64,000 bases of DNA, taken from Schmidtea polychroa. Taxonomy: Eukaryota. Of this stretch, positions 1 through 13,104 are shown piece by piece. The position numbers were made by a program, and so were the translations under genes. Each line of letters starts with the position of its first letter. The first letter of the stretch is position 1. The notes below the pieces were generated by a model. The model was not told where the DNA came from. It saw only the letters and a program-made list of their open reading frames with translations, and searched no databases. The DNA is taken from the NCBI GenBank assembly GCA_044892525.1, contig CM097885.1, positions 21,640,001 to 21,704,000 of the forward strand, in the 5' to 3' direction.

Positions 1-840
1 ATTTTGATGGGAATTTTTTTTATAAATTATAAACAATTTTATTTTCTAAATTTTATATTTTATTTATTTTTAATTAAGTTTTTAGCCTAGATGGATATGA
101 ACGATTTTCTAGAATATTCTATGCTGTCTTAAAGATTTTAATATCTAATTCTTATTTCTTTTAATTCTTATGTTATTTCTTTTTGCTTTTTGTTAGTTTA
201 ATTATTAAATGTTTATTTTTTAGTTACCTTTACTAAATTAATTGCTAAATTATGGATTTCGCCAATTTTATGGAGTATTCTTGTTTCCTCTCTATTCTTA
301 TTGTAATTTTTATCTCTTATTCATTTTATGATGCTATTTTGTGGAAATCTTTCTGATTTCCGTTCTTTTTTTCTTTTTATCGCCATTAATTCAAATTTGA
401 TTACCTCTGTTATGTATCTAAGTTACGTTTGAGTGGATTTCATGTAATACTTCTTGCTTTTGTTTCATATTAGTTTTACTTTTGGGTTTATTACTTTTGT
501 GTGATGTGGATTCTATTAATTTTGTTTAGTTGGTGTAGTATAGTGTTTTTAATTTAACTTCATTTAGTGCAATTTATTCGTGTTGTGTTCAGATGCATTT
601 CGTCACGATATCTATACCTGGGCCTAAAATCAGTTTTTGCCCAACACATATAATTTTAGACTTTGGCAGACCTATTTTGTTTTACTAATTTTATTATGAT
701 CACAAATTTTATTCATTTTACTACATTCGCAATGATCTTGAGCTCGAGTTTAGAGATAACGGTTGGTCTCTCTAGGGTATTTTGGATTATACCAAAATGG
801 CTAGACGCAGTGGTGACACTACCGCCTAGGGTCACCATTT
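1..840 (-). mobile_element. Possible degenerate 5' region of an LTR retrotransposon (PBS-like site followed by an A-rich gag-like strand)
   Basis: The minus strand reads TGGTGACCCTAGGCGG at ~837-822, a PBS-like TGG start, followed by strongly A-rich sequence towards position 1. No intact ORF and no second LTR seen. Confidence 0.3.
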
Positions 841-1697
841 TGAATTTGTTTAATTTTTAAGTCTACTAAGACCCGAGAGTGTATTTTCTAATTTTCTATT
901 TTTTGTTTATTTGTTGAACTACAGTGCTGTTTATAATAAAGTTCATAATAAGGTCATCCTTATTTTTAACGCTACATACAAACTATGTGTCAGATTACTC
1001 ACAAACCTAATAACATAATATATTTACATACTATAAACATTTATATAATCACTGAAAAACACAAATCATGTTTTGCAACTATTCAACTGAAGAAAATCTA
1101 TTTTTGACCTTGTTGATAATGATAAAGTCACTTTATATACGTAGAGTTTTGTGTTCATTTGAAAGGAAGAATAAATGCTACGTTGTGCGAAGGCAGACTA
1201 TGATTAACTAGAATAACTTTTATCATCATCATTACTATACACCTAATTCCAGATGTTAAAAGTCTCTATAATACATGTTGGTGTGTTCATCAATCGATGA
1301 CTCACCATTTATGAGAGCGTTTATTTCATTTTTTCCTTTTTCAATTCAATTTTATTTATGGTTTTAGAAGTAAGTTTTTTAAATTTAAGTATATTTTAAG
1401 ACCTGAATTTTGATTTTATATACTTATGAGATAATTATTCAAGCTCTTAAATATTACTTGTAATTAGCATTTATAATATAAAATATTGATAATTAAATTT
1501 CAGGTGTTTTTTTAGGTATTTTATGACATGTTATGAATTTGGAATTATTTCAATAAAATGTAAGTTAGATATATTTTTAACTAAAAAGAAATAAAATAAT
1601 CACCAAACACATTTATTTTTTAAGACATTTAGGAAAAAAGCTGCGTATATGGATAAAATAGTTTTTTAGTTTTGTGGATAAAACAGTTTCTTCAGCT

Positions 1698-1724
1698 CCC
1701 TAACCCTAATCCTAACCCTAACCC
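1698..1724. repeat. Short interstitial (CCCTAA)n telomere-like tract
   Basis: ccctaaccctaatcctaaccctaaccc, about 4.5 units. Confidence 0.7.
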
Positions 1725-1779
1725 GTTCAATATTCAGGACCAACTTACATATCAATTCGCTCTGATAAACATTCAAAAT

Positions 1780-2508
1780 CTACAGCTTACTCTCATGCAA
1801 AGGAATGACTTTGAAAGACTTTATGAGCTCGATCAATTCAAATCTTTCCTGTATGACAAATATGGACTTCCAAAACCAGTTATAATAATCTTAGTTGATT
1901 GTGGGCCAAATGAAAATCCACGATATCAAAGAACTATCAAAATCGCCATACACATTTTTATTGAAAGAAGTTTAGATCCATTAATTATTGCCATAAATGC
2001 ACCTCATCAAAGCGTTTTCAATTCAATTGAAGGTAGAATGTCGCCACTTTCTAAACAGTTCACTGGACTAATTTTACCTCATGATCATTATGGCACACAC
2101 TTAGATTTGAACTGAAAAACAATCGATATAGATTTAGAATACGACAACTTTAAATTCGCAGGCGAAGCATTACGTGAAGTTTTTCCAAATGTTATGAATG
2201 ATGGCTATGAAACGGTTGATGATTTTATCGATCGTGATTCTTCTGAAATAGAAAATTCGAGTATAATTCATAAATCTGAGACTTGGATCGCTCATCATGT
2301 AAGATCATGTATGATTCAAATCGTGAAGTGTAACGATAACAGATGCTGCTCACTGTTTCGTGAAAGTTTTCCAAAAGTGCTCAATTCTCGAGTTTTACCA
2401 CCGCCAATATCACTGAGTTATTCGCCTATGATTGGCATAGCTTCAGTTGAAAACGATAATTTCAAATATTCATCATTATTTCAAAGTCTTGCGTTCGGCG
2501 TTCAGTAA
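1780..2508 (+). pseudogene. Degenerate DDE transposase, Zator/TP36-like
   Basis: Motifs VDCGPNENPRY, APHQSVFNSIEGRMSPLS and LILPHDHYGTHLD resemble the DGGPDENPR / APGxSAYNxVERRMAPLS transposase family. The TGA at 2113-2115 is followed in frame by KTIDIDLEYDNFKFAGEALREVF into ORF 2194-2508. Family name recalled from memory. Confidence 0.6.
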
Positions 2509-3922
2509 AATAATGAAAATATTTCAGTAAAAAAGTACACACTTGATAAAAACTATGTCGAAATATCGTGTACCTTATATACTGTTTTGATCTATAGTCA
2601 TATAAATGTTAAAATGAAAATTATTGCATTAAAAAAAGATCAAAGGTAAAACCAAAAGGTAAATATAATAATTTATATTATTAATTTTTTCAATGTAGAT
2701 TATCTAAATAATTTATATTATAAACCAATCAGAACCCAGAAAATAGCGCCGACAGCATAACTGGAAAACTCTGATAATTTAGTTGTAAAAAAAATTAATT
2801 GAAAATTTTTATTTTTATTTTTTTCAGTTAAGGAGCTTTTAAAATGTATTACATTTTTTAAGAAAAGAATTTAAGTTTTTAAAATAATATTAATTAATTG
2901 AAATATTAATTAAAATAAATAACAAATTATAAATTAATAACTATATATTTGGAATTTTTGAAAAATAAATTTTGTTATTTTCGATTTGAATGTTTTCAAT
3001 ATTGAGGTTTGCAAATTAAAATTCAATTAATTAATTGAAGAAAAAATATAATTAAATGTTCAGAAATATAAACAACAAACATGCGGAAGCTGATTCAACG
3101 TTTGCATATCCGTAAATTGAATAATGTACAAATACGTTACGGGAGATTCATCCCAAAAAATTCCGGTATTACTACGATAGCGTGAAATTTCCTTAATGGA
3201 TTCTCATTAGTATCTTTTGATATTTACAAATAAGTGCATATCCATGGAGTCAAAATTATCCTTTAGTGAATATAACTACCGGAAATCATCAAATAATATC
3301 ACTAAGTGAAAATATATTTCTTAACAGATTTTTCTTATTCTCATCAAATGAAATACGTAGCTAAATAAAAGGTTTCATTGGATGATGACGTACTATTTCC
3401 AAATTCAATTTGTTATAAACAGAAATGCATGTTCACTGTCCGATGCAGAGATACATACTAATTACTGGTATGATAGGAGTGGTATCCAATCAGAATCGTG
3501 GGATAAATACGAAATACATCTAACTCTATCTACTTCTACAAAAATGACAAATAAATATATAACTTTTAGTTAATCACGTGTTGGTATATTTTCTTTACAA
3601 TTAGAATTAATGTCGAGTGTGACTTAGGAAAACAACTACGGTAACTAATAATGTAAAATATTTTTATTTAATTATGTGTTCAAAAAATACAAACCAAAAT
3701 GAGCTTACGGTCTAGTTAAGTCTATAAGGATAAAAAAGTAACTTATTAAAATTAATTGTAAAATTAATATTGTAAATTATACATAATAAAATAAAATAAA
3801 TAATTAATTAAGCAATTAAGACTATTTAACTAAATTAAGTAATTTGTTATATGAATTTAATACTTTAATACCGGTATTTTGTATCAAGATTTTTCTAAAA
3901 TACTGGAATTGTAAATAATTAA

Positions 3923-4452
3923 CCTAGCTTCGTTCGGAATTCGAAAACTTATGTAATTTCCCAAATTTTATTTTAAATTTTATTTAGTTTCTAATCTGAT
4001 TTCTGCTGAGTTTCATGTCTACTTGGACCATTTCAATGTGTTTTCGAAATCTAAAAAACTCCAGAAATGAAATTGAATAATTTATCAGGTCAGCTCCAAA
4101 AATGAACCTACTATACCAAAAGAAATTTGGAAGTTAAACTCTATTAACCTAAAATCCTTTGGTTAAACATTTACTTGAAAAAAAACTTTTTAAAGATTAA
4201 ATATTACCTCGAATTTATGAATAGCAGCCGAATTACGTCCGATTTCAATTGATTTTATCCAATTAACTCCGATTTAGAGACGATTACAACACGAATATTT
4301 GATACACGTTACACGATTACAAACGTTAGCACATGTTTAATTGGTAGTGACGACCTAGTGGCCATAAACCTGATTTAGTGAAATTTGGATGTAAATTTAA
4401 TCCGTGAATAGGAACATAGGCATATACAAACTTTGAGAAATATAAATATAGA
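3923..4452 (-). mobile_element. Possible non-autonomous Helitron
   Basis: The minus strand starts A|TCTATATTTATA at ~4452 and ends ...CGAAGCTAG at ~3923. The terminal hairpin is poor and the 3' flank is not T. Confidence 0.3.
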
Positions 4453-5061
4453 TGATGCTCAAGTGACGTTGCTTAATATTTAGCTGAGGTATATATTTAT
4501 GTTTATGTTATTTATTTATTTACAAATATAAATGTAAATGATTTCGTACATCTTCTACTGTCATAAACAATATATATATGAAGAATTCTCATATTTATTC
4601 ATTTATTTCTTCAAATATTTAGGGTGCCCAAAAATTAAATATTGCATCGAGCAGATCCAAACTACTTAAACTACACCATTTTTAATAATTTAATTTGTAG
4701 ATTATGCTAATTTTATTTTTTAATTATTAATAATTTGGTACTGACAAAAACAATCCATTAATTAATTTTAATCAAAATTTATATAATGCTAATTTCATAT
4801 TTTATTTATTAAATATTTAATCAAATTAAAATAAAACATTATTGAATTAAAAATTGACACGTTAAACCTTCAGGGGTCATTATTTGATTAAAAAAACCCT
4901 ACAATAAGATCTTTTTTTCAATAATTAATAATTAAAAATTTTGACTTGATATTAAGAAGAAATACAATGAAACATCGACCTACGAGTATTTCGAGAAACA
5001 AGCAAATTTAAAAAAATAAAATGACTACATAGAACGAATTATACTTGTAAGTAGAGGTTTT

Positions 5062-5569
<508 letters not shown>

Positions 5570-6315
5570 GAGGTTTTATTGTATTAAAACAATTATTTGA
5601 AATTATTTTAATCAAGATCTTAATTAAAACGGGTACTATTTTTTAAATTTCTAAAAATAATCGTTTGGTCAAATAATTTAATTTTTTTTTAACCTAATTT
5701 AATTTATAGTTTGTTATAGATTTAATTTAATTTTAGTTTGTCTAATATAATTTATTAAATTCAGAATTAATTTTAGTTAGTATAATTTAATTAATCATCA
5801 GAATTAATTTAAATCGGTCTAATTTAATTAATGATACTCTGGATGATGCATCAGATATTGTTGTAACTACTATTCCAAATTTAACAATTATTCCTTTTGC
5901 AAAGAGAGTTAGACCAAAACGTAAATAATCTGAAAAATAAAATACTTACTAATTATTTTTGTTGTTTTATTTTGTTTTATTTTTGGTTTAAAATAATTAA
6001 ATTAGACAATTAAAACTTATATTTGGTTAATTAAAATTAAATTAGATGGGTAAATAAATTAATTTTGAAATAAAAAAATTTGTTGGTAAAAAAATTAAAT
6101 TAAATTGTTAAAAAAATAATCTTGAATTAAAAAAACATTAACGTCTATGACATTTGATCCAAAAAAAATTAAAAACCCATTCACATCTAAATTTTTATTT
6201 ATTATTAGAATTTAATTTAATCAAAATATTTTAGTCAAATTTTCTCGTGCAAACTAATATAAAATGTTCCATTATAATATTAGTGAATAAATTTGTTATA
6301 AATGACTTGGTGCGA

Positions 6316-9300
6316 TTAAAACACATGATTAGTCTCAGTGAGATTTCCCGATCCTTTTTCTGACTTTTTCAAAAAAAATATTTTCCTCAGGAGTCGAATG
6401 TAAGCAGCTCTGAATTGTTGATTGGTCACTCCATAAAGAATTGGATTTATGCTGCTGTTTAAATGTGCAGAAGTCACAGAGAAAATGTGCACAATCTCAC
6501 TATATGAATTATGGCGATCGGCATTCGCCACAATCGCATATGGAGTCCAACATAAAACGTAAATGAAAAACAACAAAAACAACATTCGAGCAAGTTTCAT
6601 TGAATTCAGTTGAGTGGACTGACTGGACTTTGACATTTTTACTATTTTAACCGACACTTTTCTCCAAAATAAATAGATTCTTATGTAACAAAATGAGGTC
6701 ACGATTACTGGCAAGGACACGATAAATCCAGCAAAAAATAAAGTAAAAGACGGATCAGCCATTCTGTCGTAAATACAACTGAGGGTTTTCCGGTCAAAAG
6801 TATGACCACCCCAACCAATGAAATTGGGCATTTGAAGTAGAAATGAAATAACCCACAATATGACACATAATAAATAGCAACTGCGGCGAGTGAATAGTTT
6901 TCGGTAAAAATTATTTTTTACAATGAATATGAACCGATTGATGCCGACCGATGAAATTGTCAGTAGGGAACAAATGCAAGCGGTCAGACAGGTGCTACCG
7001 ATAAATTTGCATAATCCAGTTTTGTCAACGAAGAAAACCTCTCCTTCAAGTAAGCCTAAAATATAAATATTTATATAAATATTGTTTTAATGCATTTATA
7101 ATAAATAAAATTTGTTAATATATCATGTGATTTATTAAATTAGTGAATACTTGACGATTTACTCGTCCTATGACGGCATTGGTATTCTGATTACAATTTA
7201 TCAAATTATTATTATCTAGTTATAAATTGAAATAATTAAAGCCATTATTTAAACAAATTTATTTTTGAAATATTACATTTAAAATTAAATGAACAGTTTG
7301 GTAGAATTAGAAAAATGAGACATCATTTAATAGAAAAATAAACTATTAATCATAAATATTATGGTTATTTGATGAATCACAGAAAGACATACAGATCTGG
7401 TTAAATAAGTTTTTGAATATAGTACAAATTGACAGGCCCGGCCTTACCGATGAAGCAGAAGATGCAAAGCATCGGGGCGCTATACGAACAAAGGGCGCTA
7501 AAATTTTAAATGAAACATTGTGGTTTTCTAATTTATATTTATATATATATATATATAAGATTTCTGTTTATTTTTTTTTATGAATTAATGTTTAATTATA
7601 CAGTAAATCTTTTTAATAATAAAATTATAATACTTTACTGTGAAATTTGAGTTTTATTTCTGATATAATTTCCTATATAAAGCACTTAACAGAAAGTTGC
7701 GTATGGGCGCCAGCACCGCTAGCGCTGGTCCTGCAAATTGATAAAAATATCTTAATAATCAGATTATTAATTATAATAGCATAATTCTTAATAATTAAGA
7801 CTGAACAAGGTTTAGATACCCAAATATATTATGATATAAGAAATATTATATTTATTTAGGTAAAAATAATTCCAGAAGAACAGGAAACCTTTTATGAATT
7901 GAGACCTGCTTGAAGATCCTATCAAGAAATCTTATACTAACTGCAAATTATTACCAAATTTATCATTTACCATTTCTAAATTGTTTTTCAAATAATTTTT
8001 TCTGATAGTTTTAGTCGCTCTAAATTAAACTTTTTATTGGAATTTTGTTTCTTTCTATTTATTTATGGTAACATTCAGTTACTTATATTCATAATTTTTT
8101 TTACTGGGCCTAATCTCCAATTTCAACTATGTGGCTTAATTTACCATAAATGAAGGCCCACTGGTGAGATCCGCAAGTTTATTAACTATTTCTGTTCCAG
8201 TGACCTAATCAAGCGTTTTGGACTAAAAATCTTTAATGAAAATCCGTCATTGCATAAACTTGCTTATCACTTTTGAGGGTGGTAATGTTCTAAACTTTAG
8301 ACAATAAAAGTGATACTATTCTTCAAGTTTAAATAAAAGCTAAATTTGGCATACTTTGGATACTATGACCAAATTAAACAATTTAATTTTTATAAAGTAA
8401 AATATTGTATTCAGGGAATGTTGACCTATTAAAATTCCATATTTATCTTTGTTGGGGTTTTATTAATGCAAAAGGAATAGAATATTAAATGTACGAAAAT
8501 CATCTGTAAAGCAATAAAAACCAATATTCAACAAACTTCACCACAAAAAAATTATTGAAAAATGTGAAAAAAATTGAAAATCAATATTTTTCAGAAGATT
8601 CATAATATGAAAATATATAAACGAATATATTAATTTTAAATAATTAGGGAAGTTCTTAGGCAATGTTATTTAGGAAATGCAAACTAACGGATAACTCCAT
8701 ATAATATGACTATTCCTAATAACATTACTATTCCTAATAATATGACCATTTCTTTTTTATAAAATTTTATAAATTTTTGTTTTAACGAAACGGTTTTTTA
8801 TTTTGTTTAAATTAAATTGATTATATAATAGTTATGTAATTTCATTACAGTTTTCATAATAAATTAAAAACCTTTGAAAAATTTGTAATAAAAATATTAT
8901 AAAATTATTTTCAAGACAAAGAAGGAAATTTAAGGAAAAAGTCAAAACTTTAATATCAAAAAGGTTAAAAAATACCTTATTACAAAAGAAAGTACAAAGT
9001 TATTCATAGAGAAAGACTTGAATAAAAATAATATTGTTGGGCTTGTTGGTGAAATATGAAATCAATAATTATTGATCTGACTCCAAAGCGTGTCTTGGCT
9101 AAAGACATTAGCAAATTTCAGACAATATAAACATTTATTGATCAACACAATTGATTACCAATTTACAGCGACATAAATAATTCAATATTGCAATTCAATT
9201 ATAGCAATTATAACACTTTTGCACTTCGATATCTGTATTCATTTTATTTGTGTTTCTATTTTATTTTTGTTCTTTTATGTATTTTTTTCCAATTTTTTTC

Positions 9301-12251
9301 CTACTTTGGTTTTCAGAATTTTGGAACAACTCGTCATCCATTTCATACAATTCTAATTCTGGACAGTGCTTAACACTTCCGCTTTGTGGAAGGCATCTTC
9401 TTTAGAACTTGCTTTAACTTCTTCTAATTTCTGATGCATTTTTTCCGACCTCATATTGACGACTTGCTGCCCTATTACCATGCTTCTCAGCATATAAAAC
9501 AATCTCCAATGCTGATGAATAAGATTTTCTTCGAGTTATATTTAGGTTGAGTTCATTTAAAAATAATAAATAAATAATCTGTGGTTGAAGATCCAATCCT
9601 GATTATTCAATATCCAATAAATGTAAATGATAGTTATAAAAATGATAAATATAAAAATAAGTCACTTGAAATAGGCAGTGCCGAAAATTCGTGAATATTA
9701 AAAATATCGATATATTTACTGATTCATAGTCAAGCTTTTTAATAAATACAGTGGAAAAGAAATCAGTGGTGAAATTTGAAAAAAATTGTTCTTATAATAA
9801 AAATAATACCTTATATTTTATGTTTTACTGCTTATGCAATGAACTTTATTTCAATTTTTTAAATGTTGATTGCGGACTATACACCGTAAAATTAGGTAAA
9901 TTAAATAATAAAAAAAATTATATTCTAAACTCTGCATGAATTTTTATATTTTATAAAAAAAATGATTATGATATGTAATTTCAAATCGAATCATTTAAAT
10001 AAAGTAAAAAGTGTTGAGTAACAAGTTGGATATTAAAATTATTATGTTAGAAGATGGGAAAACAAGAAGAATTATAAAATTAAAATACTATACTATGGGA
10101 AACAATAAGTATTGAATAAACATTCATGAACTAAAGGATAATGAATGGCGATTATGATTCTGATTTTACTATTTGATTCGGATTTTTTACTATTTTATTT
10201 ATTTTGACTCTTCATTATAACATTTGACCTATCTATAATTTCATGTGATGATAATTATAATCATTTATTTAACATTTAAATATTTTGATATTGTGATTTA
10301 TTTAATTTTTTGTTTTTTGTAATAATTTATAAATTTATGAGTGGGGAAAAAATTAATTTTTTTATTAAAGAAACCCTGGCAAGTAGGGTATTGTGTGGAC
10401 CCGGGAACAAAGACATATGATGTCATCGATGACGTCACAAAGACATATGACGTCATACCACCCCACCCCCCACCCCTAACAACATGAAAATTAAGATTTT
10501 AATTATTGAATTCGTTGTTTTCTGCCTGGAAATACTAACAGAATATTTTTAATTCAAAGAATCTTCATTATAAATATTTGAATTTAAAAAATTAAATGAA
10601 GGATATATAAGTGTACATAATATTATATAAAATTATACTATATTTATTAATAAATTTAGAATACATAAAATTATAATATTATATAAAATTATACTATATA
10701 ATAATGTTTAAATATTCTTAAATAACTAAATTGTTTAAATATTTTTAAATGCTAAATTTAAATTATTTAAATAAACTTTTCATATAACTTTATTTCTTTC
10801 GTTTTAGTATCTATAAAGTAAGTAAATAAAGAATTTACTACAATATTTTAATTATTTTACTTAGTAATGACGAAAATAAATTATATGATTATGAAGAAGA
10901 TGAACCAGACAAAATGGTGAAACACTAAAGGACTTATGTTCTGGATTTAGAGATTTCTTATTAAAACATGAATTATTGGATTATTTGGAAGATGAACCAG
11001 ACAAAATGGTGAAACACTAAAGGAGTTATAGTTCCGGATTTTTTAAATGAATTAGCTGATTGTGGGTGTCCTTCAACATGAATGTTTACTTAAATTATGT
11101 AAACTTTCTTTCAACGAATGTCAAGAAAAATGGGAAAACCCGATGTTTTAGCAATTAAGTAAAGTACTCGTCATACCTGAAGAATATTATTATTAATGTA
11201 AGACATGAATTAATTCTTTAAAATATATATATTATATTTAGGTATCTGTGTTTTATGGTGGGAATTGATAAGAAATGACATTGAAAGAGTATACCACAAA
11301 TAACAGTTGCCTAATAGTCAGACAGAATTTAATTTGTGACGATAACATCTGTAAGTTAATTGCTTTTAAATCAATATAAATTTTAGCAATGATAGTTGAC
11401 GCCGCATCAGAAACTAAGAAATACGTCCAATTTGCAAGATGTATTCCAAATGACCCGATGGAGATGATAATTTTGAGATAGATTACCAGCAGAAGAGCGA
11501 GAAAAATTTGTAAATTAAATATAATAGGGTTGGGTGGGTCCTCTTTATCCCTTAATTAATATATATTTACAAGCTGATCGTCGTGGTGGGCGGTTGTAAT
11601 CCAACTAGTGGGAGGCCTCTGTAAATATATATTTGTGTTAGTGAAAACATTAATTAATTTGGTTATAGTGCCAATGACGCATGTATTTTGAAATTATACG
11701 TTTCGAATGTGCTGGTAGTTGACTACCCATGCTAGGCGTAATGTTCCGTACGGAAAACTATAATGCCCAGGTTCTTCTGACCCCACTTTGGGGAGGCACA
11801 GACGACCCTTGTGGACGCGAACAAATATCCACCGTGTCTTTCAGGCACAGATATTTGGTCACTGCTCATTAGACCTGGCAATACTAAATGCATAAACTTT
11901 GCCTTGTCCTCTCTTGTCTTGATTTTTATCGTTTAAATAGTGTGTGTGATAAGTTTTATTTACTAACCTTAATAAACCATAATATGCTTTAAGCTCGAAA
12001 ACCTTTGCGACATGTTGAGTGTGAGTAGTACCCTTGTGACCATTACCCATATGAGCAATACCCATAGGGGGACAGAATATCTTGTCGGATAAACTCTGAC
12101 TATATACACCCATGTTAAACATGAATGTATGTATAAAATTATCGCTCCTTATTGTCAATTTCCTGTAAAGGCAAACCCAGAATACTGCAAACATAATAAT
12201 ACTCTACCCCATAACTTAGTATGTAAAAATTATTTAAGGTTTTTTCACTAT

Positions 12252-12323
<72 letters not shown>

Positions 12324-12372
12324 TGTTAATGGGTTGTGTGTGTGTGTAAACCATATTTTAGATTTTTTTTTG

Positions 12373-12431
<59 letters not shown>

Positions 12432-12478
12432 GTTTAATGGGTTGTGTGTGTGTTTTTATGTTTTTGACTAATATTTGC

Positions 12479-12514
<36 letters not shown>

Positions 12515-13007
12515 TGTTAATGGGTTGTATAAAAAATATTTTAGGTTTTTCACTAATATTGATAATAATAATTGTTAATGGGTTGTGTGTGTGTAAAAAT
12601 ATTTTAGGTTTTCACTAATATTGATAATAATGATTGTTAATGGGTTGCGTGTGTGTAAAAAATATTTTAGGTTTTTCAATAATAATAATAATAAAGTTTA
12701 ATGGGTTGCGTGTGTGTGTAAATAATATTTTAGGTTTTTCATTAATATTTACAATAATAATTGTTAATGGGTTGCGTGTGTGTAAAAAATATTTTAGGTT
12801 TTTCAATAATAAGAATAACTCCCGCGCGTGTTACTTTGAAATAATAAGGTATGTGTATATAGAATGTGTGTGTGGGGACAGAATATCTTGTCGGATAAAC
12901 TCGGATTATATAATAATAATCATAATAATAATAATCATAATAATAATAATCATAATAATAATAACATCTTTCGCGCAGGTGTTAATATCTTTACCAATAA
13001 TAATAAT

Positions 13008-13104
<97 letters not shown>

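Noticed and set aside
11820..11880. Minus-strand CTAATGAG...GAAA resembling a hammerhead core, and CCAGGTC..GAGCAG resembling SRP helix 8
   Set aside because: Stem II/III geometry and the NUH site do not fit a hammerhead. The helix-8-like motif lacks the GNRA stem and lies on the opposite strand from the Alu-like domain.
12225..12815. CRISPR-like appearance of the repeat array (and of 17405-17800)
   Set aside because: The spacers are microsatellite or repeated rather than unique, there are no cas genes, and the context is eukaryotic.
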